From NCBI GenBank assembly GCA_013138595.1, contig WTCM01000074.1, positions 1 through 61,301 on the forward strand: a DNA stretch of 61,301 bases, in the 5' to 3' direction. Each line of letters starts with the position of its first letter. The stretch's first letter is position 1. Below, in pieces: positions 19,948-28,853 of the stretch. The notes under the pieces are model-generated. The model was given only the letters and a program-made list of their open reading frames with translations. It had not been told where the DNA came from and did no database searches. The stretch comes from Methyloprofundus sp. (GTDB lineage Bacteria; Pseudomonadota; Gammaproteobacteria; Methylococcales; Methylomonadaceae). The position numbers were made by a program, and so were the translations under genes.

Positions 19948-20913
19948 TTAAACGGGAACCGTTATTTTTTGAACAATATCATGTACTAATGATTTCGCAT
20001 CTATGCCTGAAAAAGTACTTTGTGAATCCAAGCCTAAGCGATGCGCTATCACAGGAACCGCGAGCTCTTGAATCACATCGGGAGTAACAAAATCACTGCC
20101 GTCAATTAAAGCCAAAGCTTGAGCGCATTTCATTAAGGCTAGAGAGGCACGCGGGCTTGCACCCAGTTTTACCTCAGGAATATTGCGTGTTTCGGCAACA
20201 ATGGCCACAATATAGTGCTGTAATTCGGTACTGATGCGGACTTGTTTGACCTGTTCTTGTAGTTGACATAATTCTGCTAAAGAAATACACGGCTGTAAAG
20301 AGTCAATCGCTAGTTTCTGACTTTGGCTTTGTAATATCGCCACTTCTTGTTCAGCAGTGACATAACCCAAACTAAATTTAAGTGCGAAGCGGTCTAACTG
20401 CGCTTCAGGCAAAGGGTAAGTACCATGAAACTCAACTGGGTTTTGGGTCGCTATCACAAAAAAAGGCGCTTGTAGTACACGAATTTTGCGGTCTATACTG
20501 ACTTGGTTTTCAGCCATCGCTTCTAATAGTGCCGATTGAGTACGGGGCGATGCGCGGTTAATTTCATCTGCGAGTAAAATATGGCAGAAAATAGGCCCTT
20601 TTTCAAAGCGAAAACTTTGCGTTTGTTGATCAAAAATTGACAGCCCTAAAATATCTGAAGGCAATAAATCGGGGGTAAATTGAATGCGCTGAAAATCGGC
20701 ATGACAAGATAAGGCGAGAGCCTTTGCCAGCGTGGTTTTACCTGTGCCGGGTACATCCTCTAATAAAACATGCCCCGCGGAACTAAAAGCAGCCAAGAGC
20801 CACTGTAAATTACGCTGCTGTCCGACCATCACCTGATTTAAATTTGTCTGTAATTTAGCAATCGTGGTGCGTGCTTGTTCAAATGAGTGTTGGGGGGCTG
20901 TCATAAGTACCAT
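19948..20913 (-). CDS. MoxR family AAA+ ATPase
   Basis: GHVLLEDVPGTGKT, RIQFTPDLLPSD, DEINRASPRTQSALLEAM and TYPLPEAQLDRF. Confidence 0.95.
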   Translation of the reverse strand: MVLMTAPQHSFEQARTTIAKLQTNLNQVMVGQQRNLQWLLAAFSSAGHVLLEDVPGTGKTTLAKALALSCHADFQRIQFTPDLLPSDILGLSIFDQQTQSFRFEKGPIFCHILLADEINRASPRTQSALLEAMAENQVSIDRKIRVLQAPFFVIATQNPVEFHGTYPLPEAQLDRFALKFSLGYVTAEQEVAILQSQSQKLAIDSLQPCISLAELCQLQEQVKQVRISTELQHYIVAIVAETRNIPEVKLGASPRASLALMKCAQALALIDGSDFVTPDVIQELAVPVIAHRLGLDSQSTFSGIDAKSLVHDIVQKITVPV

Positions 20914-21074
20914 TAGCGGCTAACAAAAAATTTAAATCATTGTAGCAAGGATAAAGCCTACAGAGTACTAGAAAAGCTGTGCTATTATTTCCCCTATCTT
21001 TTATTTTGCTTAGCTTTATGGGCGAGGGTATCAATAGCGATATAAAGTAGCATGCAAATAGCGAGGAGCAAATT

Positions 21075-21275
21075 ATGTTTATTTTTCCCGAATTTGGGCG
21101 TATGGTCATCGTCGGTCTGATGATACTGATCCCCACTTGTGTCATTTATCAAAAAGCAGGTTTTCATCCTGCATGGGGCTTATTGGTCTTTTTACCAGGG
21201 CTAGGCTTATTATTAATTTTTTTACAGCTAGCGCTACTGCCGTGGCCAAATGCTAAAATTGAGGAGGAAAAGTAA
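21075..21275 (+). CDS. Small membrane protein
   Basis: GAGGAG RBS; KAGF...W.LL..LP.......LA...WP pattern. Confidence 0.7.
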   Translation: MFIFPEFGRMVIVGLMILIPTCVIYQKAGFHPAWGLLVFLPGLGLLLIFLQLALLPWPNAKIEEEK

Positions 21276-21466
21276 TGGAATATGTGCTGATTTTCTTTTT
21301 TATGTTATTTACTTTGTGGCTAGGGAGTCGCATTGTAGAAAAAGCAGGCTATCCTAAAATCTTGGTTCTATGCCTATTAATCCCACTCTTAAATATTATT
21401 TTGATTTGGTTCTTTGCATTTAGCAAATGGCCGAATTTAAAAGCCGATTTTAAACAAATTTCTTAA
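21275..21466 (+). CDS. Small membrane protein, paralog of the upstream gene
   Basis: TAATG overlap; KAGY.....L..LIP.LN.I....FAF.KWP. Confidence 0.7.
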   Translation: MEYVLIFFFMLFTLWLGSRIVEKAGYPKILVLCLLIPLLNIILIWFFAFSKWPNLKADFKQIS

Positions 21467-21495
21467 CTTATTGACTCATACTTATAATAAAAAAC

Positions 21496-22134
21496 ATGTC
21501 AAAAAAAACCAGATCAAGTAGCCGAGCGCAATCTAATATGAGCAGTTACTCACGCAGCGCAGACGAGTCTTACGAGTTGACCAGTGAGCCTATTTTAGAT
21601 CAACGCTTTCGTAACCTTCCACTGGCAATACAAAATGAATTTAATCAGCTTTCTGAAACGGCAGAAACGAACGGTGCAGCGGCCATTCCACGCTTATTAG
21701 AATTGCTAGAAAAATACCCTCTGCCATTAATTTATAGCTGTTTAGCAATCGCTTATGGGCGTGTGGATGCAGAAAAACAGAAACAGATTATTCGTGAAAA
21801 TTATCAGAAAAACCCTAAAAACTTATTTGCCCGCTGTAATTATGCACGGCTCTGTTTAGCCGAAGATAATTTAGCGGAAATTCCGTTAATTTTTGATCAG
21901 AAATTTGAATTAAAAACGCTGTATCCAAAGCGCAATCAATTTCATGTGACGGAATATACGGCACTGACATCGGTGTTCTGTGAATATTATTTTAAATCAG
22001 GCAATAGTGAGCAAGCGGAAGCTTTATATACTCGACTAAAAGAAGCAATGCCTGATTCGGCAGAAACGCTCTTAATGCAAGAGTTATTACACCCTACTTT
22101 TTGGCAGAAAGTACAGCAGAAGTATTTTGCATAG
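21496..22134 (+). CDS. Helical-repeat (TPR-like) hypothetical protein
   Basis: Amphipathic helical pattern, e.g. NP..LFARCNYA...L and YF..G..EQAE.LY. Confidence 0.6.
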   Translation: MSKKTRSSSRAQSNMSSYSRSADESYELTSEPILDQRFRNLPLAIQNEFNQLSETAETNGAAAIPRLLELLEKYPLPLIYSCLAIAYGRVDAEKQKQIIRENYQKNPKNLFARCNYARLCLAEDNLAEIPLIFDQKFELKTLYPKRNQFHVTEYTALTSVFCEYYFKSGNSEQAEALYTRLKEAMPDSAETLLMQELLHPTFWQKVQQKYFA

Positions 22135-22150
22135 AACCAATACACTAAAC

Positions 22151-22257
22151 GTAGGATGGGTAGAGCATCTTTTTGCGAAACCCATCAATATACGCGCAAT
22201 ATTGATGGGTTTCTCTACGCAGCTAAAAAGACAGCTGCTTCGTTCTACCCATCCTAC
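22151..22257. repeat. REPIN-like element, family A, between convergent genes
   Basis: GTAGGATGGGTAGAGC...TTCTACCCATCCTAC. Confidence 0.85.
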
Positions 22258-22260
22258 AAT

Positions 22261-23388
22261 CTAATCAAAGAGTTTAGAGTTTTTACTATTACGAAAAATC
22301 AACGGTTTTTCATCCGCTGATAAAGCACTCTCACGTGCAGAACCCAAGGCATCTTGAATCACCTGTCTATCGGGCGACTTACTACACACAGGATCGGTTT
22401 TATACATATCCCCCGTGAGTAAATAAGCCTGACAGCGACAACCGCCAAAATCTTTATCTTTTTCATCACAGCTTTTGCAAGGCTCTTGCATCCACTCATT
22501 GCCACGAAAAAAGTTAAAAGCCTTAGAGTCATGCCAAATTTCAGAAATACTGTGCTCAGTGACACTCGGACATTCTAAACCCGGTAACTCACGTGCAGAA
22601 TGACAAGGTAGAGCAACGCCATCAGGTGCAATCGTTAAAAAGGTTGTACCCCAGCCATTCATACACGCTTTAGGGCGATTTTCATAAAAATCAGGCACGA
22701 CATAATAGATTTTCATCTTACCTTCGACCGTTTTCTTAAAGTCTTGGGCTATTTTTTCCGCTTTTTCAAATTGCTCTTGGGTCGGTAGTAATTGGTCACG
22801 ATTAGCATGTGCCCAACCATAATACTGAGTATTGGCAAGCTCTAAATAATCTGCACCTAGCTCTTCAGCCATGGCTAAAATTTCAGGCATTTGATGAATA
22901 TTTTCGCGATGAATCACCACGCATAACACCATCGGATAGCCATGTTTTTTAACGAGCCGTGCAACTTCTTGCTTGTGCTCAAAAGATTTAGTGCCTGCAA
23001 GATGATCGTTTAAGTCCTTACTACTCGCTTGGATACTGACTTGTATATGATCCAGCCCAGCTTCTTTAAGCTCAATGATTTTTTCTTCATCTAAACCATA
23101 GCCTGAAGTAATCAAGTTCGAGTAATAACCTAAATCACGCGCATGCTTGACCAATTCGGGCAAATCAGGACGTGTTAAAGGTTCCCCGCCAGAAAAACCT
23201 AGCTGCACTGCGCCCATCTTACGTGCTTGTGACAGTACCTGTTTCCAGTCTTCAGTGCTGATTTCATCGCTGTGCTTTGCATAATCCAAAGGATTAGAGC
23301 AATAAGGGCATTGCAGCGGACATTTATAAGTCAGCTCTGCTAATAACCAGCGCGGGGGAGTGATGTTAGTTTTGTTGGATCCAGCCAT
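22261..23388 (-). CDS. pqqE: PQQ biosynthesis radical SAM enzyme
   Basis: [40 protein letters not shown] and GGCRCQA SPASM motif. Confidence 0.96.
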   Translation of the reverse strand: MAGSNKTNITPPRWLLAELTYKCPLQCPYCSNPLDYAKHSDEISTEDWKQVLSQARKMGAVQLGFSGGEPLTRPDLPELVKHARDLGYYSNLITSGYGLDEEKIIELKEAGLDHIQVSIQASSKDLNDHLAGTKSFEHKQEVARLVKKHGYPMVLCVVIHRENIHQMPEILAMAEELGADYLELANTQYYGWAHANRDQLLPTQEQFEKAEKIAQDFKKTVEGKMKIYYVVPDFYENRPKACMNGWGTTFLTIAPDGVALPCHSARELPGLECPSVTEHSISEIWHDSKAFNFFRGNEWMQEPCKSCDEKDKDFGGCRCQAYLLTGDMYKTDPVCSKSPDRQVIQDALGSARESALSADEKPLIFRNSKNSKLFD

Positions 23389-23638
23389 TATTTAATGCCA
23401 CGTCTAGGAAGCTAGTAATATCGTTTTTTAAACCCGTTGTTGAGAATTTTTCTTCTAAATCAACAACGATTTGATCTAAGTCGCGCGAACCATCGCAAAG
23501 CTTTAAAATTTCAGCCGAGCTTTGGTTCAGTTCAACCATACCTTCAGGGTATAAAATAACGTCTTTTTGTTGCGCCTCTTCCCATTGCAATCGATGCATG
23601 GGAGAGAATTGAATTTTTTGATCGGGCTTAATGCTCAT
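23366..23638 (-). CDS. pqqD: PQQ biosynthesis peptide chaperone
   Basis: [30 protein letters not shown]; likely ATG at 23638. Confidence 0.93.
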   Translation of the reverse strand: MSIKPDQKIQFSPMHRLQWEEAQQKDVILYPEGMVELNQSSAEILKLCDGSRDLDQIVVDLEEKFSTTGLKNDITSFLDVALNNGWIQQN

Positions 23639-23775
23639 GATTTTTTTTAGGATTTTATACAATAATTTTTTTCTAGCGCTGCTATTTTATCAAGTGCGGC
23701 TTATTTTTATTGTTTTTATTTTTCTATTTTTTTCTCGATGTCTTGCTGGGCTTGTTATATCTATTGATATACTCA

Positions 23776-24399
23776 TCAATCTAGGTGTTTTTTTACCATC
23801 AAAGGGTCAATAATACCTTCATTCTGGTCCCTCACCCATAATGCAAAAGCAGTCATTGCCCAACCACGGGAGGTCATTTCAACATTAAGACAGAAAGCCA
23901 TAAACCAACCCGCATTAATCGGCCATTCATACCAAAGAAATATGCCTAATAAGACTGAAAGCCCACCGAGTAAAGCCGTTCCTGTTGGGTGAGGTAATTG
24001 CAGTGCATACACCAAAGTAATACGCACAATCCCCCGTACCATTAAAAAGGCCGCAATTAAAATACTCAGTCGCTCAGGGTTCCCTGAAATACTGAGTATC
24101 ACAAATAAGCCGACAATACTATCTAGCACACCGACCTGTAAATTTTGCAACACATCCCGCTGCTCTTTCGCCAAGAAGGCATCCAGACACTCAAGTATGC
24201 CCAAGGATAGCACTAACATTCCACTGATAGGTAACCATGAAAAACCTTTCGCTGACAAAACCACAATATCAGGCTTAACTAGAGTCGCAAACGTCATAAA
24301 GGCACCTATACATAAGACACAGAGCGAGACAACAATCAAACGCCTCCAGTCCGCTTCAAAGCCCTCAAAGCGTTGCAATTTAGTCAAAATTTTCATCAT
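23776..24399 (-). CDS. HdeD/DUF308 family membrane protein
   Basis: About six TM helices; G..S..LG.......WP....W pattern. Confidence 0.7.
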   Translation of the reverse strand: MMKILTKLQRFEGFEADWRRLIVVSLCVLCIGAFMTFATLVKPDIVVLSAKGFSWLPISGMLVLSLGILECLDAFLAKEQRDVLQNLQVGVLDSIVGLFVILSISGNPERLSILIAAFLMVRGIVRITLVYALQLPHPTGTALLGGLSVLLGIFLWYEWPINAGWFMAFCLNVEMTSRGWAMTAFALWVRDQNEGIIDPLMVKKHLD

Positions 24400-24443
24400 A
24401 TTTTTTACCCCTAGCGTATAGAATGTGCCGTCATCATTAAAAA

Positions 24444-24459
24444 AGCAAGGTTCACGCCC
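24444..24459 (-). promoter_or_regulatory. Possible sigma54 promoter for the HdeD-like gene
   Basis: Minus-strand GGGCGTGAACCTTGCT has GG and TTGCT at -24/-12 spacing. Confidence 0.3.
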
Positions 24460-24656
24460 TTGAGACTAGCATAATTAAGCCTGATTCACTGACTAAAAAA
24501 TACCATTCGGACAAGCAAAGCTCATCAAAAAATATCGGAGAAGCTTTTATAGTATGGGCGGAACTAAAATATTTTATCGTGTCAGAGGGTAAGTCTATGA
24601 GTTTAGGCAACAGCGATTGATAAAAAATAAAGGGCTAGCGCGTTTAGAGGAGAATT

Positions 24657-24743
24657 AGGGTCAGGGTCAGGGTCAGAGTAAGATTAAAAATTAAACCTTA
24701 CTCTGCCCCTAGGTTTTCATAATTCTATAATAGCCCCCATTTT
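24657..24743. repeat. GGGTC/(G)CCCC hairpin element with stuttered end
   Basis: AGGGTC x3, then the hairpin GGGTCAGAGTAAG...CTTACTCTGCCCC, then CATAATTCTATAATAGCCCCCATTTT. Confidence 0.7.
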
Positions 24744-24848
24744 ACTTGTTCAAGAACAGTCGTCGAAGTTCCATTACTCATAATGGCTGATGAACCGACC
24801 TATGCAGAGCCGCATGTGGGGAGGGAGAGAAACTCACCCTTACCCGAT
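24744..24848 (+). mobile_element. Group II (class C-like) intron 3' remnant: IEP C-terminus, partial domain V and domain VI
   Basis: LVQEQSSKFHYS* followed by GAACCGACCTATGC-AGAGCC-GCATGT[3' strand of DV deleted]GGGGAGGGAGAG-AAA-CTCACCCTTACCCGAT, ending in the canonical ...AY. Confidence 0.7.
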
Positions 24849-24856
24849 TAGAATAC

Positions 24857-25516
24857 TTATTTAATTAAAGTAATAGACTCGCTGATATTCCCACTAACAC
24901 TAAATAAAGTAATAGCTAATGAGTCACCAACTTGTTGAGTGCCGATGAGATCTCCGCTATCCCAGTACTGAGAAAAATCTGTCCCCGAATAAGCATCTCC
25001 AGCCACTGAACCATAACTTAAACCAGCCGACAAACCCTCTGCCTCCTCTGAGGATAAACTGCTAGTTCCATTAATTGCCGGATGACCTTTTAATGAGCCA
25101 GTAGTCCAGTTCAGTGAAAAGTTTTGTTTTTTAGAAACTAAAGTCCAAACTTCACGATTTTCAACAGTAGAAGCAGGACCTGATAATGTATATTCATTAC
25201 CAGAGCCATCTTTATATGTACCAGGATTGAAATTTGAAGCTTGATGGACAGTACCAGAAACATCTAATGATGAAATTTTATCAAAAACAACTTCACCATT
25301 TTTAACACCTACCTCAAATACCATATCTACATATATGATATTACCATCTATTTTTACAGGAGTTCTCTGAATATTAACTCTAGTACCTGAACCAGATATA
25401 TGAGAGGATTCAAAAAAAACCTCAATACCTGTTCCTTGGATTTCTTCAGCAAATGTGTTAATTGGATTAATTAGCATACTTGCAGCGATAACTGCTAATG
25501 AGTTAATTTTATTCAT
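24857..25516 (-). CDS. Secreted hypothetical protein with integron gene-cassette-like boundaries
   Basis: Signal peptide (..INTFA-EE); AT-rich codons; GTTAGAT 59-65 bp upstream of the ATG; TTCTA directly after the stop. Confidence 0.7.
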   Translation of the reverse strand: MNKINSLAVIAASMLINPINTFAEEIQGTGIEVFFESSHISGSGTRVNIQRTPVKIDGNIIYVDMVFEVGVKNGEVVFDKISSLDVSGTVHQASNFNPGTYKDGSGNEYTLSGPASTVENREVWTLVSKKQNFSLNWTTGSLKGHPAINGTSSLSSEEAEGLSAGLSYGSVAGDAYSGTDFSQYWDSGDLIGTQQVGDSLAITLFSVSGNISESITLIK

Positions 25517-25574
25517 TTATATTTTCCCTACAGCCCTATTGAAAAGGAATGCTAGATGCTGGCTGTAATTAAAC

Positions 25575-25596
25575 ATCTAACAACGTTAAAATCAGC
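25575..25596 (-). other. attC 3'-end / core-site remnant
   Basis: Minus-strand GCTGATTTTAACGTT-GTTAGAT (GTTRRRY core) just upstream of the cassette gene. Confidence 0.45.
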
Positions 25597-25597
25597 A

Positions 25598-25680
25598 TAG
25601 AAATTGTAGAAATTGGGGTCATAGAAATTGCTGCCCCAGATTTTCATTAATATCATAATTCTATAGTAGACCCCGTTTTT
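25598..25680. repeat. GGGGTC/GACCCC element with stuttered end
   Basis: TAGAAATTG x3, GGGGTC at 25615, and CATAATTCTATAGTAGACCCCGTTTT, a near-direct repeat of 24718-24743. Confidence 0.7.
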
Positions 25681-25716
25681 TCCTCAGTTTTACCGTTTTA
25701 GTTTTTCTTAGCCGAT

Positions 25717-25851
25717 TTAGGCGGCTTTCTTTTGTTCTATATCCCACCCAGGAAAAACAAGTACAGCAGGGCGTACCTGTAATGCTCTTGCTAGAACTTT
25801 TGCTCTTTCCACTCCTAAGTTTACTTTATTATATTCAATAGCTGAAAGTGT
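25717..25851 (-). pseudogene. C-terminal fragment of an XRE/HigA-type antitoxin
   Basis: Hand translation gives TLSAIEYNKVNLGVERAKVLARALQVRPAVLVFPGWDIEQKKAA*; an in-frame stop lies upstream and there is no start codon. Confidence 0.75.
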
Positions 25852-25927
25852 TTAGTGTAGCCACTTCAGTTTTGCATGGTACGCTTTTCATGTACGCATA
25901 AAGAACTCCCTTCATAGAAACTTCAAA

Positions 25928-28777
25928 TTAAACCATTAGCCCCTGCCAAATTCTCGCCACCTGCTCACGCAACTCTACTAACTCATCATTCGCCACTAAG
26001 GCTTTATTCCCTTGCAAAGCTTCTTTATGCCCACGGTCACGAAAAATACAATAAGCACGCTTTAGTGTTGTTACCTCTTCTAAACTGAGGAGTTTTTGTT
26101 CGCCTAAACTATCCAATAAACTCATATTATCGGTAAATTCAGTCAGTTCAGGGTGTGCTTCAGCATAAGCTAAAATACAGAACTGTACGATAAATTCTAT
26201 ATCAGTAATGCCGCCCACCCCTTGTTTTAAATTAAACCAATCTGCACCGCTTTTATCCAGTGCTGTACGCATTTTCTCGCGCATTTCACGGACTTCTTGT
26301 TTTAATTCACTAGTCTCTCGGTGTAAGCTTAAAACTCTTTGACGAATACCTGCGTATTTTTCTTGTGTCGTGCTATCACCTGTCACAAATCGGCCTCGCA
26401 CTAGGGCTTGATGCTCCCACGTCCATGCTTCTTGTTTAAGGTATTGTTCATAGCTACTTAATGGCGACACTAATAAGCCTGAATCACCGCTAGGGCGTAG
26501 GCGCATATCAATTTCATACGCCATGCCTGATAGCAGTTGGGTATTTAATAAACTACGTACACGCTGGCCTAAAGTGGCATAAAATTGTGCGGCACTAATT
26601 TGTTTGCGCCCGTCTGTGAGTGCATTATTATCGGCATAATCGTAAACAAAAATTAAATCTAAATCTGAACTATAACTGAGTTCTATTCCGCCTAATTTGC
26701 CAAAACCTAAAATACCAAAATGCTTATTGTCAGCACTTGCATTCGGGGGTAAGCCATTCTTTGCGGCTAATATTGCCCATGCGATATTAACGGCTTGCTC
26801 TAAAATCACTTCAGCAATATAGCTTAAATAATCGCTCACAGTCATTAATGAAGCGGCTCCCATAATATCGGCGGCGGCAACACGCAAGACATTAATTTGC
26901 TTGAAAGTACGTAAAGCGTACATTAACTGCTCTATATCATCAGCGTCAATCTTAGCTAATTGTGCGGCCAGTTGCTGTTGCAAGCTTGCTTTATCTAATG
27001 GCTCATATAGAGAGCGTGTATCTAATAACTCATCAAATAAGACGGGGTATTTAGACAGGTAATCTGCGATCCATGAGCTGGCAGAAATCAGCGTAATTAA
27101 TTGCTGTAGGGCATCGTCATTTTCGGCTAATAAAGACAAATACACATTACGCCCAGCGACTTGCTCAAATAAGGCGGATAAACGCTGTAAAGTCATATAG
27201 GCATTGGGGTTATCGGCAAGAGCATCAATCACTTTCAGCATCAGCTTTTCTAATGTTTGCGCGCCTTTGGTACTTAAGCGTTTAATACTGGAACTGGTTT
27301 TTAGGCTTTGTAATAAGCTTAAAATTTGTTCGGGCTTGGCATAGCCTAATCCCGCCAGTTTATTTAAACAGCTTTCATCATCTGACTGTGCCATCCATAT
27401 CTGCCCACAGACCTGTGTGGACTCCTCCTCTTCCTGCATAGAGAAAACATCAACAAACACTTTGTGTACTTGCTCGCGCACTTGATCTAGCTCAGCTTTA
27501 AAGCTTTGCCAATCGGGGTAATCTAAAGAAAAGGCGAGAATCGCTTGTTCAGTCTCTGTTTTCGGTAAATCATGCGCTTGCTTATCTTGAAATTCTTGAA
27601 TATGATTTTCAACACGGCGTAAAAAGCGATAAGAGCGTTGTAATTGCTGACTATCCTCAGCAGCAAGTAAGTCTTTTTCACCTAATAAAACTAAAATGCT
27701 TTGGATGCGTCTATCTTGTAAGCTATCATCTTGACCGCCTCGAATAAGCTGAAAGGCCTGTCCGATAAATTCAATTTCACGAATGCCTCCTGGCCCTAAC
27801 TTGACGTTATCCATACGGTCTTTACGCTGTAGCTCTTGGGTGATTTGTAGCTTTAAAGAGCGTAATTCTGCAAAGGCTCCGTAGTCTAAATAACGACGGT
27901 AGACAAAGGGTTTAATCAAAGCCATAAACTGTGTGCCTGCTTGTACGTCGCCAGCGACTGGGCGGACTTTAACCATTGCGTAGCGTTCCCACTCGCGCGC
28001 TTGACTTAAGTAATAATTTTCCAACCCGTCAAAAGTCATAATCACAGGGCCGCTATCACCAAAGGGGCGTAAACGTATATCAGTTCTAAATACAAAGCCA
28101 TCAGCAGTTATTTCGTCGAGAATTTTGACTAGCAAGCGACAAATACGGCTAAAAAACTCGCCATAACTGGTTTCTTTACGATCGGTCAATACGCCATCTT
28201 GTTGGTAGGCAAAAATTAAATCTATATCAGAAGAGTAGTTGAGTTCCCACGCACCTAGTTTTCCCATACCTAAAACCACTAAGCCTTGTTTGCTACCATC
28301 AGGAAGCACTGGTGTGCCACGGCGGTCACATGCCTGTTGGTATAAATAATCTAGGGTAAATTGAATGCAAGCTTCAGCGAGTGCTGTGAGGTCCTCTAGT
28401 GTTTCATCCAATTCTGACCAGCCGGCTAAATCACGCCATGCAATACGTAACATTTGGGTGTTACGAAATTGGCGTAAGACTTTCATTAACTCTGCGTCAC
28501 TATTAAAAGTGTAGTCCGCTAATTGCATTTTATAACTATCACGTACGGCAGATTGTAATAAATCGCCAGAGCTAATTAAATTTAATAAAAACTGTGGCTG
28601 ACGGGCGCACGTTTGAGCAATAAACTCACTGCAACAAAACACTTTAGGCAAGCTATTGATGACTTCTATATCAGTGATAGGCTCTAGCGAAAGTCGCTGT
28701 AAGCTATCAGTGAAATTATTGATATGTAAGTTTGCAGTTTGGTGTAAGGCTGGTGGGATTTGAGCTAGGGAAAACAT
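25928..28777 (-). CDS. glnE: Glutamine synthetase adenylyltransferase / adenylyl-removing enzyme
   Basis: Two NT domains: GMGKLGAWELNYSSDIDLIF and GFGKLGGIELSYSSDLDLIF; also AWTWEHQAL. Confidence 0.97.
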   Translation of the reverse strand: MFSLAQIPPALHQTANLHINNFTDSLQRLSLEPITDIEVINSLPKVFCCSEFIAQTCARQPQFLLNLISSGDLLQSAVRDSYKMQLADYTFNSDAELMKVLRQFRNTQMLRIAWRDLAGWSELDETLEDLTALAEACIQFTLDYLYQQACDRRGTPVLPDGSKQGLVVLGMGKLGAWELNYSSDIDLIFAYQQDGVLTDRKETSYGEFFSRICRLLVKILDEITADGFVFRTDIRLRPFGDSGPVIMTFDGLENYYLSQAREWERYAMVKVRPVAGDVQAGTQFMALIKPFVYRRYLDYGAFAELRSLKLQITQELQRKDRMDNVKLGPGGIREIEFIGQAFQLIRGGQDDSLQDRRIQSILVLLGEKDLLAAEDSQQLQRSYRFLRRVENHIQEFQDKQAHDLPKTETEQAILAFSLDYPDWQSFKAELDQVREQVHKVFVDVFSMQEEEESTQVCGQIWMAQSDDESCLNKLAGLGYAKPEQILSLLQSLKTSSSIKRLSTKGAQTLEKLMLKVIDALADNPNAYMTLQRLSALFEQVAGRNVYLSLLAENDDALQQLITLISASSWIADYLSKYPVLFDELLDTRSLYEPLDKASLQQQLAAQLAKIDADDIEQLMYALRTFKQINVLRVAAADIMGAASLMTVSDYLSYIAEVILEQAVNIAWAILAAKNGLPPNASADNKHFGILGFGKLGGIELSYSSDLDLIFVYDYADNNALTDGRKQISAAQFYATLGQRVRSLLNTQLLSGMAYEIDMRLRPSGDSGLLVSPLSSYEQYLKQEAWTWEHQALVRGRFVTGDSTTQEKYAGIRQRVLSLHRETSELKQEVREMREKMRTALDKSGADWFNLKQGVGGITDIEFIVQFCILAYAEAHPELTEFTDNMSLLDSLGEQKLLSLEEVTTLKRAYCIFRDRGHKEALQGNKALVANDELVELREQVARIWQGLMV

Positions 28778-28814
28778 AAAACTTCCTCATAGGTAATTTA
28801 AGCTGGAGCAGCAG

Positions 28815-28853
28815 CGTTATAATTTCGGGATGTTATTCCATGCACGTTCCTTA
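28815..28853 (+). repeat. Direct repeat / half MITE
   Basis: CGTTATAATTTCGGGATGTTATTCCATGCACGTTCCTTA, 35/39 identical to 31972-32010. Confidence 0.8.

Noticed and set aside
23690-23776. Small ORF upstream of pqqD as pqqA
   Set aside because: No E-x-x-x-Y core
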